DNA of 64,000 nt from Candidatus Cloacimonadales bacterium (GCA_963677495.2 CAXXOU010000004.1:544001-608000), one strand, 5' to 3'. Numbered from the stretch's first letter, positions 49,701 through 59,637 are shown. Made by a program: numbers and translations. The notes: a model not told the origin generated them from the letters alone.

Positions 49701-49940
49701 GATATAGATCTTTTGGTTCACTTCAGAGGAAACGAGATTAAAAAGCAACAGTTACTAGCATGGTTTGATGGATGGAGTAGATGTCTTGGTAGAATGAATT
49801 ACCTAAGAACCGGTTATAAAACTGATGGTCTTCTTGATGTACACATCATAACGGATCAAGATATCTCTGACAAAGACAGCTTTGCAATCAAAATTGGGGC
49901 TGTAACTGATGCAGCAAAACTACTTAAGGTGCGCAAATGA
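46779..49940 (+). CDS. Multidomain protein: GAF-like sensor + PPDK-type ATP-grasp + phospho-His-like domain + pol-beta nucleotidyltransferase
   Basis: N-terminal ERRKELACI...IPAGWQY...GEIKVYY...PFLDEE; LGGKSTGL, VRSSSLLED...FSGKY, DIEFA, LLQCRP; FGTHFFQ; C-terminal IFGSVKN......SDIDLLV...LLDVH; ATGA overlap. Confidence 0.85.
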   Translation: MIHSGNNHNQLESQLTERRKELACIHKMIEITSDYSSDFSVIFNRILEIIPAGWQYTDTCFAEIEYMNSIYCLRKDLTPKYSQQKSLSMNDNYFGEIKVYYSEVPKGFEIAPFLDEEVALLSTLAEMLSTYLVVRTFTENLETPGTNPELEHKDWKIVLKMLQDTDYRLYLKVARKLINLLYQRGIPEVKEIYYSTGITRSESDSEDILDANKPLKKQDYLDMEVVSKKVFEIAENCLPNEEVLEYIHKWIQEDKLSFLITALEDKYTSLAELQDVIARYQHLKISKESLSPYSQLNLKVLLIQRLFTSQLEFIRIAKNYIQIEDFYDVLQHTISPKNSHGRLGGKSTGLFFAHNIIKSETDLEFQKGIKTPKSWYITSDAMQSFVHYNNLEEVIEQKYKDIEQIRAEYPNIVQMFKNSYFPHDIAKELSQALDSFGTSPIIVRSSSLLEDSFGTSFSGKYKSLFLANQGNKKERLSALMDAIAEVYASVIAPDPIEYRKDHGLVDFHEEMAIMIQEVVGTKVGNYFLPAFAGVAFSNNEFRWSPRIKRNDGLVRLVPGLGTRAVDRVSDDYPVLASPGQPGIRVNASPDEILKYSPKFLDLINLETNTFETLPIQKALKLFEDDFPMLNRIFSVNENGFIHQKAVFNIDFEKDDLIVTFRSLMTDTNFMKRIKRILDVLEDKMSTPVDIEFAVINNDIYLLQCRPQCFSKEVEPAPIPQDIPEKEILFTARKHISNGRIPEVTHLVYVDPTEYTQLETLEQLKSVGRCVGELNSVLPKKKFILIGPGRWGSKGDIKLGVDVSYSEISNTSALIEVAKEQASFAPDLSFGTHFFQDLVESTIRYIPLYPDEKDNVFNTEFFKKSESILPTLLPKYSELGNCIKVIDIPKETDGNVLKIFMNADLEQAIAYFGVADNRKRSSSKAYYEDENTDNFWLWRLQMAEFLASQLDAKRYGVVNLYIFGSVKNATAGPGSDIDLLVHFRGNEIKKQQLLAWFDGWSRCLGRMNYLRTGYKTDGLLDVHIITDQDISDKDSFAIKIGAVTDAAKLLKVRK

Positions 49941-50809
49941 TAAAAGCTTTGTTTACTTCTGATTTACATGGAAACGAGTTTAAGTACGAGTTCTTGTTTG
50001 AAAACATAGTAAAGCACGTACCGGAAGCTGTGTTTATCGGTGGGGATATTCTGATACCATTTAGCAAGATTAAAGACCAGATATCAGGTAAATCTGATAG
50101 TTTTCTGAACGATTACCTGAGAGTTGAGTTGCTTAAGTTAAAAGAACGATTAAGGAATAAATATCCTGAAATATATGTGATAATGGGTAATGATGATAAT
50201 AAATTTTCTGAAGAGATACTTGATAGCAAGATGTTCGAAGGACTATTGCATTATTGTCATTTCAAGAAGCTTAAGTTTAAAAATTGGGAAGTAGTAGGAT
50301 ATAACTTTGTACCACCAACTCCGTTCATGAATAAGGATTGGGAGAAATTCGATGTATCAAGATTTGTGGATGTTGGATGTTTAGCTCCTTTTGATGGTTA
50401 TCATGACCCTTCAATACCGGAGTATGACCTTAAGTTCTCAACAATCAAAGAAGACTTTGAAACTCTGTTTGATGAAGTAGATACATCCAAATTAATTCTA
50501 TTAGCTCATACTCCACCATATAAATCTAAACTTGATAGGGCTGACCTGGATGGTGTGATGGTTGATCATGTTCCACTTGATGTTTACATAGGATCTATAG
50601 CTCTTCAACGTTTACTTGAAAAACAGAAGTTCTACTTAACGCTTCATGGTCACGTTCACGAATCGACGAGATTAACAGGTGATTATCAGGACACGATTGG
50701 TGAGAACCTATCTATGAATGGTGCATCAGAGCACAATGAAGCAAGTATCATTCTTTTCGATTTGGAGAATCCTACTGAATCTACGAGATTAACTAAGCTT
50801 AAGCCTTAA
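49937..50809 (+). CDS. Calcineurin-like metallophosphoesterase
   Basis: SDLHG, GGD, GNDD, AHTPP, HGHVHE motifs; ATGA overlap with the upstream gene. Confidence 0.9.
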   Translation: MIKALFTSDLHGNEFKYEFLFENIVKHVPEAVFIGGDILIPFSKIKDQISGKSDSFLNDYLRVELLKLKERLRNKYPEIYVIMGNDDNKFSEEILDSKMFEGLLHYCHFKKLKFKNWEVVGYNFVPPTPFMNKDWEKFDVSRFVDVGCLAPFDGYHDPSIPEYDLKFSTIKEDFETLFDEVDTSKLILLAHTPPYKSKLDRADLDGVMVDHVPLDVYIGSIALQRLLEKQKFYLTLHGHVHESTRLTGDYQDTIGENLSMNGASEHNEASIILFDLENPTESTRLTKLKP

Positions 50810-51287
50810 TCTTTTGTCCCCAAATCTCCTGTATTTTATGGGCTATTGGGAGCTTTACATGAAATGGTAGCTTTATATGGTTTGGTCGCATAGTAAGAAA
50901 CAGCCATTTGTGCTCAATTATGTTAAATGCTGCTGTAATATCCCATAGAGGTGGGACAACAACGACGACGTTTTCACCAACTCTTTGAAGTTCATTATAA
51001 GAAGCTACCGGGTCGTCCACGTGCTCTATTGTATGAGAACATAGAACATGCTTAAACTGCTTGTCTTTGAATGGAAGATTTGTAATATCATCCACATGAA
51101 CGTAGTTCGGAAGTTCAATATGCTGAACGATATCAGCGTTGATCCCTCCGCCATCTGTTTTCCCGCAACATATATTCAAATCCCACCTTCTACTTTTAAG
51201 AACCTTGTTTTTTAAAATTCGGTAACTAATAATGTTTGTAATATAAAACATAGCGATTACAGACAGGACAATAATTAGGATTAGCAT
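50799..51287 (-). CDS. Small membrane-anchored methyltransferase type 11-like protein
   Basis: N-terminal TM helix; LNICCG, LPFKDKQF..VLCSHTIEHVDDP...ELQRV. Confidence 0.75.
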   Translation of the reverse strand: MLILIIVLSVIAMFYITNIISYRILKNKVLKSRRWDLNICCGKTDGGGINADIVQHIELPNYVHVDDITNLPFKDKQFKHVLCSHTIEHVDDPVASYNELQRVGENVVVVVPPLWDITAAFNIIEHKWLFLTMRPNHIKLPFHVKLPIAHKIQEIWGQKIKA

Positions 51288-51715
51288 AGATTAGCTCCTT
51301 TCAAAGTTTTAGTGAACAAAATGTATTTTCTGGAGAAGAATGAGAAAAGAAAGACAATAGCATTACTGATGAACTTACTTAGTAGATAATGCAAACTTAA
51401 CACTGATGTAAAGTACCACATCGATATAAGGTTCATTATTAGGGAAACCACTCCAATCAATAGATAGATAAGCAGTTCAAATCTAACATGATGTTTTCCT
51501 TTAGGGAAAATGTAACATTTAGAGATTATATAGTTTGTTAGTTGACCTGTAATAAAGGCAGGAGTCGCTGCAACAAGATAGTGAAGATTACACAGTTCAT
51601 GGAGAAGATATAGAACAAGATAGTCTGCAAGAATTGCTCCACTACCAAGAGTTATGTATCTCCACAACTGCAAGCCTGTATGATGTGTTTTGTTTATAAA
51701 TATCTTCTTTATCAA
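51281..51715 (-). CDS. GtrA family membrane protein
   Basis: 4 TM helices; QLWRY..G......DY, NY.ISK.YIF, YLLSK....FFSRKYILF. Confidence 0.85.
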   Translation of the reverse strand: MIKKIFINKTHHTGLQLWRYITLGSGAILADYLVLYLLHELCNLHYLVAATPAFITGQLTNYIISKCYIFPKGKHHVRFELLIYLLIGVVSLIMNLISMWYFTSVLSLHYLLSKFISNAIVFLFSFFSRKYILFTKTLKGANLC

Positions 51716-51901
51716 ATCCTTACCTTAAATCCATTATCTCTAATAAATACAGATTAAATGTTTATTTATGATAATGCTTGAGTTAATATAATGTTTTCTA
51801 CTCAAACTCAATTAACTCCTCCCAAATGCTGAATGCAGGATGCTGAATTATATAATTCTTGACTTGGATAGATTAAATATTGTCTTAGATATGGAGGTTA
51901 T

Positions 51902-52291
51902 ATGGAAGATTTATTAGTTATTTTACAAGGGATGGCTATTGGTTCAATATTCCCGGCAGCAATTGGGATTGCAGTTTATTATAGAAAGATTCCAATTGAT
52001 AAGTATCATAGATGGTCTGTAAAAGATATAGGAGAAGATAAAGAAATTGTTTTGAAGAATCTGAATAAACTGAAACTTAAGAGAAGGATAAACAATATAA
52101 CTGATTATGGAAAGGTAATTAGCTTCAAGGATAGAGTAACCGGTTTTAGTTGGGGGAATATGTACGTAATTGAGTTTAAAGAAAACGGGCAGCACAAGCT
52201 ATATTATAATCGAATTCTTCCAACGGTAATGTTGTATGCAAGTCGTGCGACAAGAATAGCTAATCAATTGAAATCAAAGTTATCTATGTGA
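51902..52291 (+). CDS. Hypothetical membrane-anchored protein
   Basis: RBS ggagg, one N-terminal hydrophobic segment, basic tail; AT-rich. Confidence 0.6.
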   Translation: MEDLLVILQGMAIGSIFPAAIGIAVYYRKIPIDKYHRWSVKDIGEDKEIVLKNLNKLKLKRRINNITDYGKVISFKDRVTGFSWGNMYVIEFKENGQHKLYYNRILPTVMLYASRATRIANQLKSKLSM

Positions 52292-54445
52292 GAACTCGAA
52301 GATATCGTGATTGAATCCAAAGTTTATAAAGTATTCCGGTTCAGTCTCTTCATTTGAACCTATCCCAACTTTTATAGGTCCCATAATAGTGTCATACCCG
52401 ATTGTTAGAGAAGCTCCATTGACGAAATCACTCCAAGGATCCCAATCATCACTATCAGAGTAGGTTATAACACCAGCGTAGCCCATTAAGTATAGCTTTT
52501 TAAATACATTCCAGTTTAAACCAAACCCGATTGTCTTAAATATTGGGGCAGAAATCTGTTTTGCACGATACCCTGGGAAACTATCAACTCCACCAATATA
52601 AAACTCTTGATATTGGGTTGTTTCTTCGTATCTTTGATATGATCCGTACTCACTGCTGACGCTTAGCGAGAGCCTATCCACAAGTTTATCGCAGAATTTA
52701 ATTTTGCCATGAATCTTTTGTGTTTTAACATCACTTAAATAATCAGGATGAGCGTAGTTATATTTGAGCATGAACAGAGAGCCTGACATAGGGAAACTAA
52801 TATTATCAATAGACTCTTGGTGCACCTTTAGACCAACACCAAAAGATTTGGTCTCCTCATCTAATGAAGTTATATCATTACCTTGAATAATATCAAAATT
52901 GTTATAAAAGAAAAATCCTTCAAGGTTGAAGAGTTGTTCAAAATAGATACCTATTCCGGTAGTAGCACCAAACTCCTGTACTAAGAAACTATCTGTTCTC
53001 CAAAAGTTGCTATCATAGGTGTATAATTTAGATTCCTTATAATATGGGAAAACTCTGAAGTATAGGCCACTGTACCTACCATAGTTCTTAACAAAATCAG
53101 CTTGAACTTCATTTCTACCACCAAGTTCAACTTCCAACAGTAGCTGCGAGTTTTTAACTAGATAGTTAGTGAAATCAAAAACTACACCGGCACTTAAGTC
53201 ATCATAATTGTTATAAGATAGATTCAATGAGAGATGTTTTTGTGGCTTCTCTTTGAGTATAACATAGAGGTATGGTTTTGCGCGATCTTGGATTAATCTT
53301 GGATAGATGTATTCGAACAATCCGGTACTGTAAGCTTTGTTGAAAGCATTAATTATATCTTGTACAGAGTACTTAACATTTTTCTCAAGCTGTAAGAATT
53401 CACGAATCTGTAGAGATGTAAAACCTTTGTTACCTCTTACCTTTATCTTTTGGAAGCTGATTTCATTATATGTTGATAAAGTCGGACGAAACTTTGTAGG
53501 TTGAATCGCCTTTGTTTGAGCGAGTTTAGTTAGTATTTTGATATGCTTTCTAGCTTCCACTTCACCTATGTTGATAATCTCTTTCATCTTCTTGAACTGG
53601 AGATTATTAATACCGGTAAGACCCGGTTCTATAAGTAAGTTACAGCATTCAATAGATTTCTTAACATTTTCAGTAATTGTAATGTTCATTGCCTGGTCGA
53701 AGTTCTGAACAAAATTATTCTTTTCAGGATTCTGTTTAAGGTTACTGTTAACTTTAGAACCGATAACGAAATCAGCACCCATTTCTATAACTGTCTCACA
53801 TGGTAGGTTTTGGACTAAGCCACCATCAACATATAGATTGTTTTTGTAATCAAATGGTTCTAACAAACTTGGAGTGTTCATTGAAGCTCTGCAAACTTCG
53901 TGCAGGCTACCGGAATCAAACTTAACTATCTCTCCTGTTTTGAAGTTAGTTGCAACAGCATTAAAAGGGATTGGTAATGATGAAAATGTATTCATCTCGA
54001 AGTCCGGAGAAAAGAGCTCAAAGAGATGCATTTGTAACTGCTGACCATATTGCAATCCGGATGGTATTTCAGGTAAGAAATGCTTTGATAGAGGGACTTT
54101 AACATTACCATAAGGTTGCCAATGCTTTTGCATAATATGCTTGTCTGAACGATCTGCTGTATCATTAAATAGTAGATTTAGGCTACCGTCTAAGGCAAAC
54201 TTCTCAATCTCAATTGCAGAATATCCTTTGGCATATAGAGCCCCAATTAGTGAACCTATAGATGTACCGGATATATAGTCGGGTTTTAACCCTACTTCAT
54301 CAAGTACTTTAAGCACGCCTATATGTGCATATCCTCTAGCTCCACCGCCACTTAATGCCAATCCAATCTTCTGCTCACCTAGAAGAGGGGAGAATAAGAG
54401 TAGGAATAGTAAAAAGAGGGGTGAAGTTTTAAGCTTCACCCTCAT
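52280..54445 (-). CDS. Patatin-like phospholipase with POTRA and Omp85 barrel (PlpD/type Vd-like)
   Basis: LSGGGARG, GTSIG (Ser), VDGG (Asp), POTRA-like KIKVRGN...TGLFE, beta-barrel C-terminus. Confidence 0.88.
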   Translation of the reverse strand: MRVKLKTSPLFLLFLLLFSPLLGEQKIGLALSGGGARGYAHIGVLKVLDEVGLKPDYISGTSIGSLIGALYAKGYSAIEIEKFALDGSLNLLFNDTADRSDKHIMQKHWQPYGNVKVPLSKHFLPEIPSGLQYGQQLQMHLFELFSPDFEMNTFSSLPIPFNAVATNFKTGEIVKFDSGSLHEVCRASMNTPSLLEPFDYKNNLYVDGGLVQNLPCETVIEMGADFVIGSKVNSNLKQNPEKNNFVQNFDQAMNITITENVKKSIECCNLLIEPGLTGINNLQFKKMKEIINIGEVEARKHIKILTKLAQTKAIQPTKFRPTLSTYNEISFQKIKVRGNKGFTSLQIREFLQLEKNVKYSVQDIINAFNKAYSTGLFEYIYPRLIQDRAKPYLYVILKEKPQKHLSLNLSYNNYDDLSAGVVFDFTNYLVKNSQLLLEVELGGRNEVQADFVKNYGRYSGLYFRVFPYYKESKLYTYDSNFWRTDSFLVQEFGATTGIGIYFEQLFNLEGFFFYNNFDIIQGNDITSLDEETKSFGVGLKVHQESIDNISFPMSGSLFMLKYNYAHPDYLSDVKTQKIHGKIKFCDKLVDRLSLSVSSEYGSYQRYEETTQYQEFYIGGVDSFPGYRAKQISAPIFKTIGFGLNWNVFKKLYLMGYAGVITYSDSDDWDPWSDFVNGASLTIGYDTIMGPIKVGIGSNEETEPEYFINFGFNHDIFEFSHR

Positions 54446-54454
54446 AATTTTATC

Positions 54455-55039
54455 TTAGAAATCGGAAGGATCTTCAACAATCACTTCCGGTTCAACTTCC
54501 TTCTGTTTGTTACTTTTTTTGATTATGTATTCGATATTACCAAAAACACATTCGGATTTAATGATTAATCTATTAGGAGATTTCTTATCTCCTACTTGCT
54601 CGAAACTACGATCACCGAATCCGGATGATTCACCCATTGGTGATTCGGTATTACCAAATACAGTTTCAGCTTTGATCTCTACGTTCATATCTTCAGAGAT
54701 ATATACTTCCGCTGCACCAAAAACAACTTCTACATTCTTCTTAACATTTCCCTCACTGAGGTCAACATTAGTTAAATCTATTGTTGTTGAACCAAAAACA
54801 ACAGAGTAACTGGTTGAACTACTATGGTTATGCTTCGATTCACTAAACACTGTGAAGTTGGATTTTTTTGGTGACACTGTTGAATATATAATCTGAACAC
54901 CAATGGAAAGAATAACTAAACCTGTAGCGATTCTAAAAACAGGAAGATGTTTTCCTGCCATAGTGTTATAAATATATCCTAATCCGATTATTACGAGGAT
55001 TATTCCCCAATAAGCTCCTGAAAAAAGAAAATGTCGCAT
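54455..55039 (-). CDS. LiaF/DUF2154-like membrane protein
   Basis: Two TM helices, then VVFGSTTIDL, VVFGAAEV, TVFGN, CVFGNI repeats. Confidence 0.75.
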   Translation of the reverse strand: MRHFLFSGAYWGIILVIIGLGYIYNTMAGKHLPVFRIATGLVILSIGVQIIYSTVSPKKSNFTVFSESKHNHSSSTSYSVVFGSTTIDLTNVDLSEGNVKKNVEVVFGAAEVYISEDMNVEIKAETVFGNTESPMGESSGFGDRSFEQVGDKKSPNRLIIKSECVFGNIEYIIKKSNKQKEVEPEVIVEDPSDF

Positions 55040-55048
55040 AATGACTCC

Positions 55049-55219
55049 TTATCTGTCAAAGATTAGCTTTGCCCCGAAGGCAATGATAATTACACCTAAA
55101 AGAGGTTTGAATATAGGGAAATCGATTCCCCAAACAGCTTTTAAGATCATTGAAGCTCCCCAAAGGATAAATGCTAATCCTAAGAACAAGCTAAACATGC
55201 TGAATTTCTTTTTACTCAT
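55049..55219 (-). CDS. Small two-TM membrane protein (LiaF-N-like)
   Basis: ATG 55219 after ggaggg; resembles the N-terminal TM hairpin of the next gene (FPIFK vs LPVFR). Confidence 0.65.
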   Translation of the reverse strand: MSKKKFSMFSLFLGLAFILWGASMILKAVWGIDFPIFKPLLGVIIIAFGAKLIFDR

Positions 55220-55230
55220 ACATCCCTCCT

Positions 55231-57438
55231 TTAATCGAAGGCAGTATCCCACTTCTCTCTTAACTCGGAAGTACTACAATCAATTAAGTTGTTAATTTTA
55301 AACCTGTCTTTCACAACAGTTCCCAATCTAGTCACTGGGAAGTTATAACTCTCGATTATTGAATTCACTTTATCAATGTTCTCAGGTGCAATAGTTACAA
55401 TAATATTTGAGTGAGATTCACCAAATAGGGCAATATCAGCTCTATTGTTGAAATTAATCTCAACATCTACACCTAAGTTCTTATCCATCTGAAGGAAAGA
55501 ACACTCAGCTAATGCGACAGCTAAGCCACCATCAGAACAATCGTGGGCTGATTTTAAAAGTCTTTCATCTACTAGGTCAAGCATTACTTTATAAAGCTTA
55601 GATTCTCTCTCCAAGTCCACTTTAGGTGGCATGCCCTTAATCATGTTATGAATATCTTTCAAGTACTCAGAACCGCCAACTTCAGAACATTCATCACCAA
55701 GCATCAGGACAAGATCACCTTCAGCTTTGAAGTATTGTGTAATCGCTTTTGATCTATCTTCAAGTACTCCAAGCATACCAATAGTAGGAGTAGGGTAGAT
55801 AGCAGTTTCAGGATTCTCATTATAGAATGAAACGTTACCACCTGTTACAGGAGTGCCGAAAGCAAGACATGCATCTTTCATACCACGGATTGCTTCTGAG
55901 AATGTCCAATATACTTCAGGTTTGTAAGGGTTTCCAAAGTTAAGACAGTTAGTGATAGCAACAGGTCTTGCACCAGAACATACAACGTTACGTGCTGATT
56001 CAGCAACAGCACCCTTTGTGCCTTCAAACGGATCAAGGTAACAGTGACGACCATTACAGTCTGTTGCCATCGCAATCGCTTTATTACTATCTTTGATTCT
56101 GATAACTGCTGCATCAGAACCGGGTTCTACCATTGTGTTAATTTGAACCATATGATCATACTGCTGATAAACACTCTTCTTACTTGCAATGTTTTTAGTA
56201 CCAAGAAGCTTCTTAAGCACATCTTTATAATCTTTTGGTTCAGGAAGAGAATCCTGGTCAAAGTCTCTTGTTTCTTTAAGATATTCAGGTTCTTTTGTTT
56301 CTCTATTATATCTTGGAGCATCACCACCAAGTACAAGCATACGTGCAGGTAACTCAGCTTTTAACTCACCATTATCGAGGACTCTTAATTTGCCGTTATC
56401 AGTAACTTTACCGATAATCTCAGCATGGAGATCCCACTTCTCGAAGATAGCTTCAACTTTCTCGAAGTTATGTGGTTCAACGATAATAAGCATACGTTCC
56501 TGTGACTCTGAAAGCATAATCTCATAAGCTGTCATTCCGGTTTCACGGGCAGGAACTCTACGAACATCAAGTTCAATACCAACACCTGTTTTACCTGCCA
56601 TCTCTGAGCTTGAACATGTTAGACCTGCAGCACCCATATCTTGGATACCAACAACTAAACCTGACTGAATCACTTCAAGTGTTGCTTCAAGGAGAAGCTT
56701 CTCCATGAATGGGTCACCAACCTGAACAGCTGTACGCTTTGATTCAGACTCATCAGTAAGCTCAACAGAAGCAAAAGTAGCTCCATGTATACCGTCACGA
56801 CCAGTCTTTGCACCAACGTATACTACATGGTTTCCTACACCTTTAGCTGCTGACTTTGCAAGGTCTTCATGTTTGAGAATACCAACAGCCATAGCATTTA
56901 CTAATGGGTTGCCTTCATAACTGTCTTCGAAATAGATTTCACCACCGACTGTTGGAACTCCGAAGCAGTTTCCATAATCAGCGATACCATCAACAACTCC
57001 ATTCATAAGGTGCTTAACTTGTGGGTTGTCCGGATTCCCAAAACGAAGTGAATTAAGAGTAGCAACAGGACGTGCACCCATTGTAAAGATATCTCTAAGA
57101 ATTCCACCAACACCGGTTGCGGCACCGTGATAAGGTTCTACAGCTGATGGGTGGTTATGGCTCTCAATCTTAAAAGAAACTGCAAGTCCATCTCCAATAT
57201 CAACAACACCGGCATTCTCTTCACCGGCTTTTGCTAACATAAACTCACCATCTTTTGGGAGAGTCTTTAGTAAGTTTACTGAATTCTTATATGAAGCATG
57301 TTCAGACCACATAACAGAAATAATACCAAGCTCCGTAAAAGTTGGCTCACGTTTTAAAGTATCAAGTACAAACTGGTATTCCCAATCATTTATACCGTGT
57401 TCTTCGATTATTTCCTTTGTGATTTTAGGTTCAATCAT
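55231..57438 (-). CDS. purL: Phosphoribosylformylglycinamidine synthase subunit PurL
   Basis: [55 protein letters not shown]. Confidence 0.97.
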   Translation of the reverse strand: MIEPKITKEIIEEHGINDWEYQFVLDTLKREPTFTELGIISVMWSEHASYKNSVNLLKTLPKDGEFMLAKAGEENAGVVDIGDGLAVSFKIESHNHPSAVEPYHGAATGVGGILRDIFTMGARPVATLNSLRFGNPDNPQVKHLMNGVVDGIADYGNCFGVPTVGGEIYFEDSYEGNPLVNAMAVGILKHEDLAKSAAKGVGNHVVYVGAKTGRDGIHGATFASVELTDESESKRTAVQVGDPFMEKLLLEATLEVIQSGLVVGIQDMGAAGLTCSSSEMAGKTGVGIELDVRRVPARETGMTAYEIMLSESQERMLIIVEPHNFEKVEAIFEKWDLHAEIIGKVTDNGKLRVLDNGELKAELPARMLVLGGDAPRYNRETKEPEYLKETRDFDQDSLPEPKDYKDVLKKLLGTKNIASKKSVYQQYDHMVQINTMVEPGSDAAVIRIKDSNKAIAMATDCNGRHCYLDPFEGTKGAVAESARNVVCSGARPVAITNCLNFGNPYKPEVYWTFSEAIRGMKDACLAFGTPVTGGNVSFYNENPETAIYPTPTIGMLGVLEDRSKAITQYFKAEGDLVLMLGDECSEVGGSEYLKDIHNMIKGMPPKVDLERESKLYKVMLDLVDERLLKSAHDCSDGGLAVALAECSFLQMDKNLGVDVEINFNNRADIALFGESHSNIIVTIAPENIDKVNSIIESYNFPVTRLGTVVKDRFKINNLIDCSTSELREKWDTAFD

Positions 57439-57439
57439 T

Positions 57440-58519
57440 TCAATTACCTTCTTTTATTATTTTATTATATATTGCATCAACTCGTTCGGAGATTTCAGAA
57501 TAAGCTCTCTGATAATCTTCCAATTCTTTGCCATATGGATCATCAATATCACCTTCCATATCGGCATATTCACTTAATGTGAATATTTTAAAAGCTTGAT
57601 TAGGGTATCTAGCTAGAAGTTCCTCTTTATGTTTCTGTTCCATTGTAAGAACTAACCAGCTTTCGGATAGCAACTTATCAGTTACAGGTTGTGATCCATG
57701 CTGGGATGCATCAATACCGGCTTCCTTTAGCAGTTGCCCGGAGAATAGAGATATTCCACTCTTAAAATCTTTTAATGTACCTGCAGATGCAACACTGAAA
57801 GGCAGGTTATTCTCCTGTACTTTCTTGCGCATCAAGTATTCTCCAATTGGGCTTCTGCAAACATTACCTGTGCATACGAAAAGAACTAAAGACTTAGCAA
57901 ATGAGTTTCTAATCTCATAGTATGGTAATGACCCCTCCCGGAGACATTTGAGATTGTTACCATCAATCTCAATAATAGTGGAAGGTCTAGCTTCCTTTTT
58001 AGTTGTTGCCCTATCCGGCAGGATGGCAAAATCAAACCAATCAGCAGCTTTTTGCTTAATCTCAGGTAATGTAGAAAGGTAGGGAAGACCTGAGATATTT
58101 ATACTTGTACTAACGATAGGTGATTCAATCTCTTCAATAAAGTCACGTAGTCCGGGATTCCCCGGAACTCTAAAAGCAATCTTTCCGTTCATGGCTAAAT
58201 GTTCCAGCTGGGGTAATACATTAGGGAATAACATAGTCAGATTACCTGGCCAGTACTGTGTCAGAAGTCTCTTAACAGAAGGGTAAACTTTGAAACCGTT
58301 CTCAGTTAGCCAATCAAGATTTGGAATAAGTACAATATATCCCTTCCCATTATCGCGCATTTTCAAAGTAGAAATTCTCGCAATTGCTTCATGGGAATCC
58401 ACAGAACAACCAATACCAAACATATCACCGGTATGATGAAGGAATACGCTGTCATCTTTCCAATATTTTCTATGTATCTTCTCTACGTCAGCAGGTTTCA
58501 TTATTCTGTATGTTTTCAA
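57440..58519 (-). CDS. Sua5/TsaC (YrdC) domain fused to a low-molecular-weight protein phosphatase
   Basis: K.R...[26 protein letters not shown]; then [12 protein letters not shown] and IDDPYG. Confidence 0.85.
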   Translation of the reverse strand: MKTYRIMKPADVEKIHRKYWKDDSVFLHHTGDMFGIGCSVDSHEAIARISTLKMRDNGKGYIVLIPNLDWLTENGFKVYPSVKRLLTQYWPGNLTMLFPNVLPQLEHLAMNGKIAFRVPGNPGLRDFIEEIESPIVSTSINISGLPYLSTLPEIKQKAADWFDFAILPDRATTKKEARPSTIIEIDGNNLKCLREGSLPYYEIRNSFAKSLVLFVCTGNVCRSPIGEYLMRKKVQENNLPFSVASAGTLKDFKSGISLFSGQLLKEAGIDASQHGSQPVTDKLLSESWLVLTMEQKHKEELLARYPNQAFKIFTLSEYADMEGDIDDPYGKELEDYQRAYSEISERVDAIYNKIIKEGN

Positions 58520-59637
58520 AAACTAACTCCTTTTCTATCTAAAAACTTAAACGGATCGACAGGTTTTCCATCTTTTCTAATCTCAAAGTGTAAACAAGCC
58601 TCCCCTGAACGTGGCTTTTCTCCACTGAGTGCAACAATATCCCCCTCTTTGAGCTCTTCACCTTTTTGGGTTAACAATGAGCTGTTATAGGAATATACTG
58701 TCATATAGCCGTTCTTATGGTCAACAACCACAACATTGCCTAATCGCATGTAGTCTTCAGCAAAAACAACAACACCTCCTGCTACAGCTTTTACTTCCGA
58801 TCCAACTTCAGCTTGTATCTCAATTCCATTATTCAAAGTTGTTGTACCATGCAAGGGATTTTTTTGTAAACCATATTCTGCAATTATTTTCCCTTTTAAT
58901 GGCCAGCTTAAATGTTCTTTATCAAACTTATAGCTTCTATTGGCTTTCGAAGCTTCTTTCTCAAGTTTTGTGATCAAATCTTGCAGCTGTGATAATGACT
59001 CTTCCAGCTCTTTTATCTTTATCTCTTCAGTACGTTTTTTTTGCTCGAGAGTCTTTACTTCGGAGACAAGATTTTTTACACGTTTACTTACTTTTAGCTC
59101 ATCTCTTTTTGCTTTCTTCATAGCTCCAAAAACCTGGTTGTAAACATCCTCTTTTGCAGCTTTTGTCTTTTGCAGTGAACTTTTCCTGTTTTGGGTCTCG
59201 TCTATTAAGTTGCTTGTTATACCAGTGGCAGTTGCAAGTAGGAATGCATCGACCATTGATTCTGGTTCAACATCACTCATTACATCTTCTATGTAGAGAT
59301 AATGAAATTCACTATTCAAGAGGTCTGTATTTCTATTAATTCGACGTTTTGCATTAAGTAATCTTACATGAGCAACCCAAAGTGAATCTTTATTAACACG
59401 CTCTTGCTTGGAGAGCTCCTTTACATGTTGTTCTGTTTCTTGCTTCAGCTTTATTGAGGTGTTTAAAGAACTTTCCTTTTCCTTTCTTAAGATCTCTGTC
59501 TCAATAAGTTTCTGCTTAGATTCGTTTAATTCTGTTTCCAGCTTCTTAAGCTCTTCTTTTTTCTCAGTTATCTTTTGTTGAGTAAAAACTGTTGAGAAGG
59601 TTAGGAACAGTGCTAATACAGCAACTAATTTACGCAT
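58516..59637 (-). CDS. envC: EnvC-like murein hydrolase activator (coiled coil + degenerate M23/LytM domain)
   Basis: Long coiled coil; WPLKG, NNGIEI (HxxxD lost), YSYN, LHFEIR...PVDP. Confidence 0.8.
   Translation of the reverse strand: MRKLVAVLALFLTFSTVFTQQKITEKKEELKKLETELNESKQKLIETEILRKEKESSLNTSIKLKQETEQHVKELSKQERVNKDSLWVAHVRLLNAKRRINRNTDLLNSEFHYLYIEDVMSDVEPESMVDAFLLATATGITSNLIDETQNRKSSLQKTKAAKEDVYNQVFGAMKKAKRDELKVSKRVKNLVSEVKTLEQKKRTEEIKIKELEESLSQLQDLITKLEKEASKANRSYKFDKEHLSWPLKGKIIAEYGLQKNPLHGTTTLNNGIEIQAEVGSEVKAVAGGVVVFAEDYMRLGNVVVVDHKNGYMTVYSYNSSLLTQKGEELKEGDIVALSGEKPRSGEACLHFEIRKDGKPVDPFKFLDRKGVSF

Noticed and set aside
45034..49940. Annotation as ppsA/ppdK
   Set aside because: Neither protein has the C-terminal pyruvate/PEP-binding TIM barrel.
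58516..58900. Degenerate M23 active site as a novel pseudoenzyme
   Set aside because: Loss of Zn ligands is the normal, known state of EnvC.
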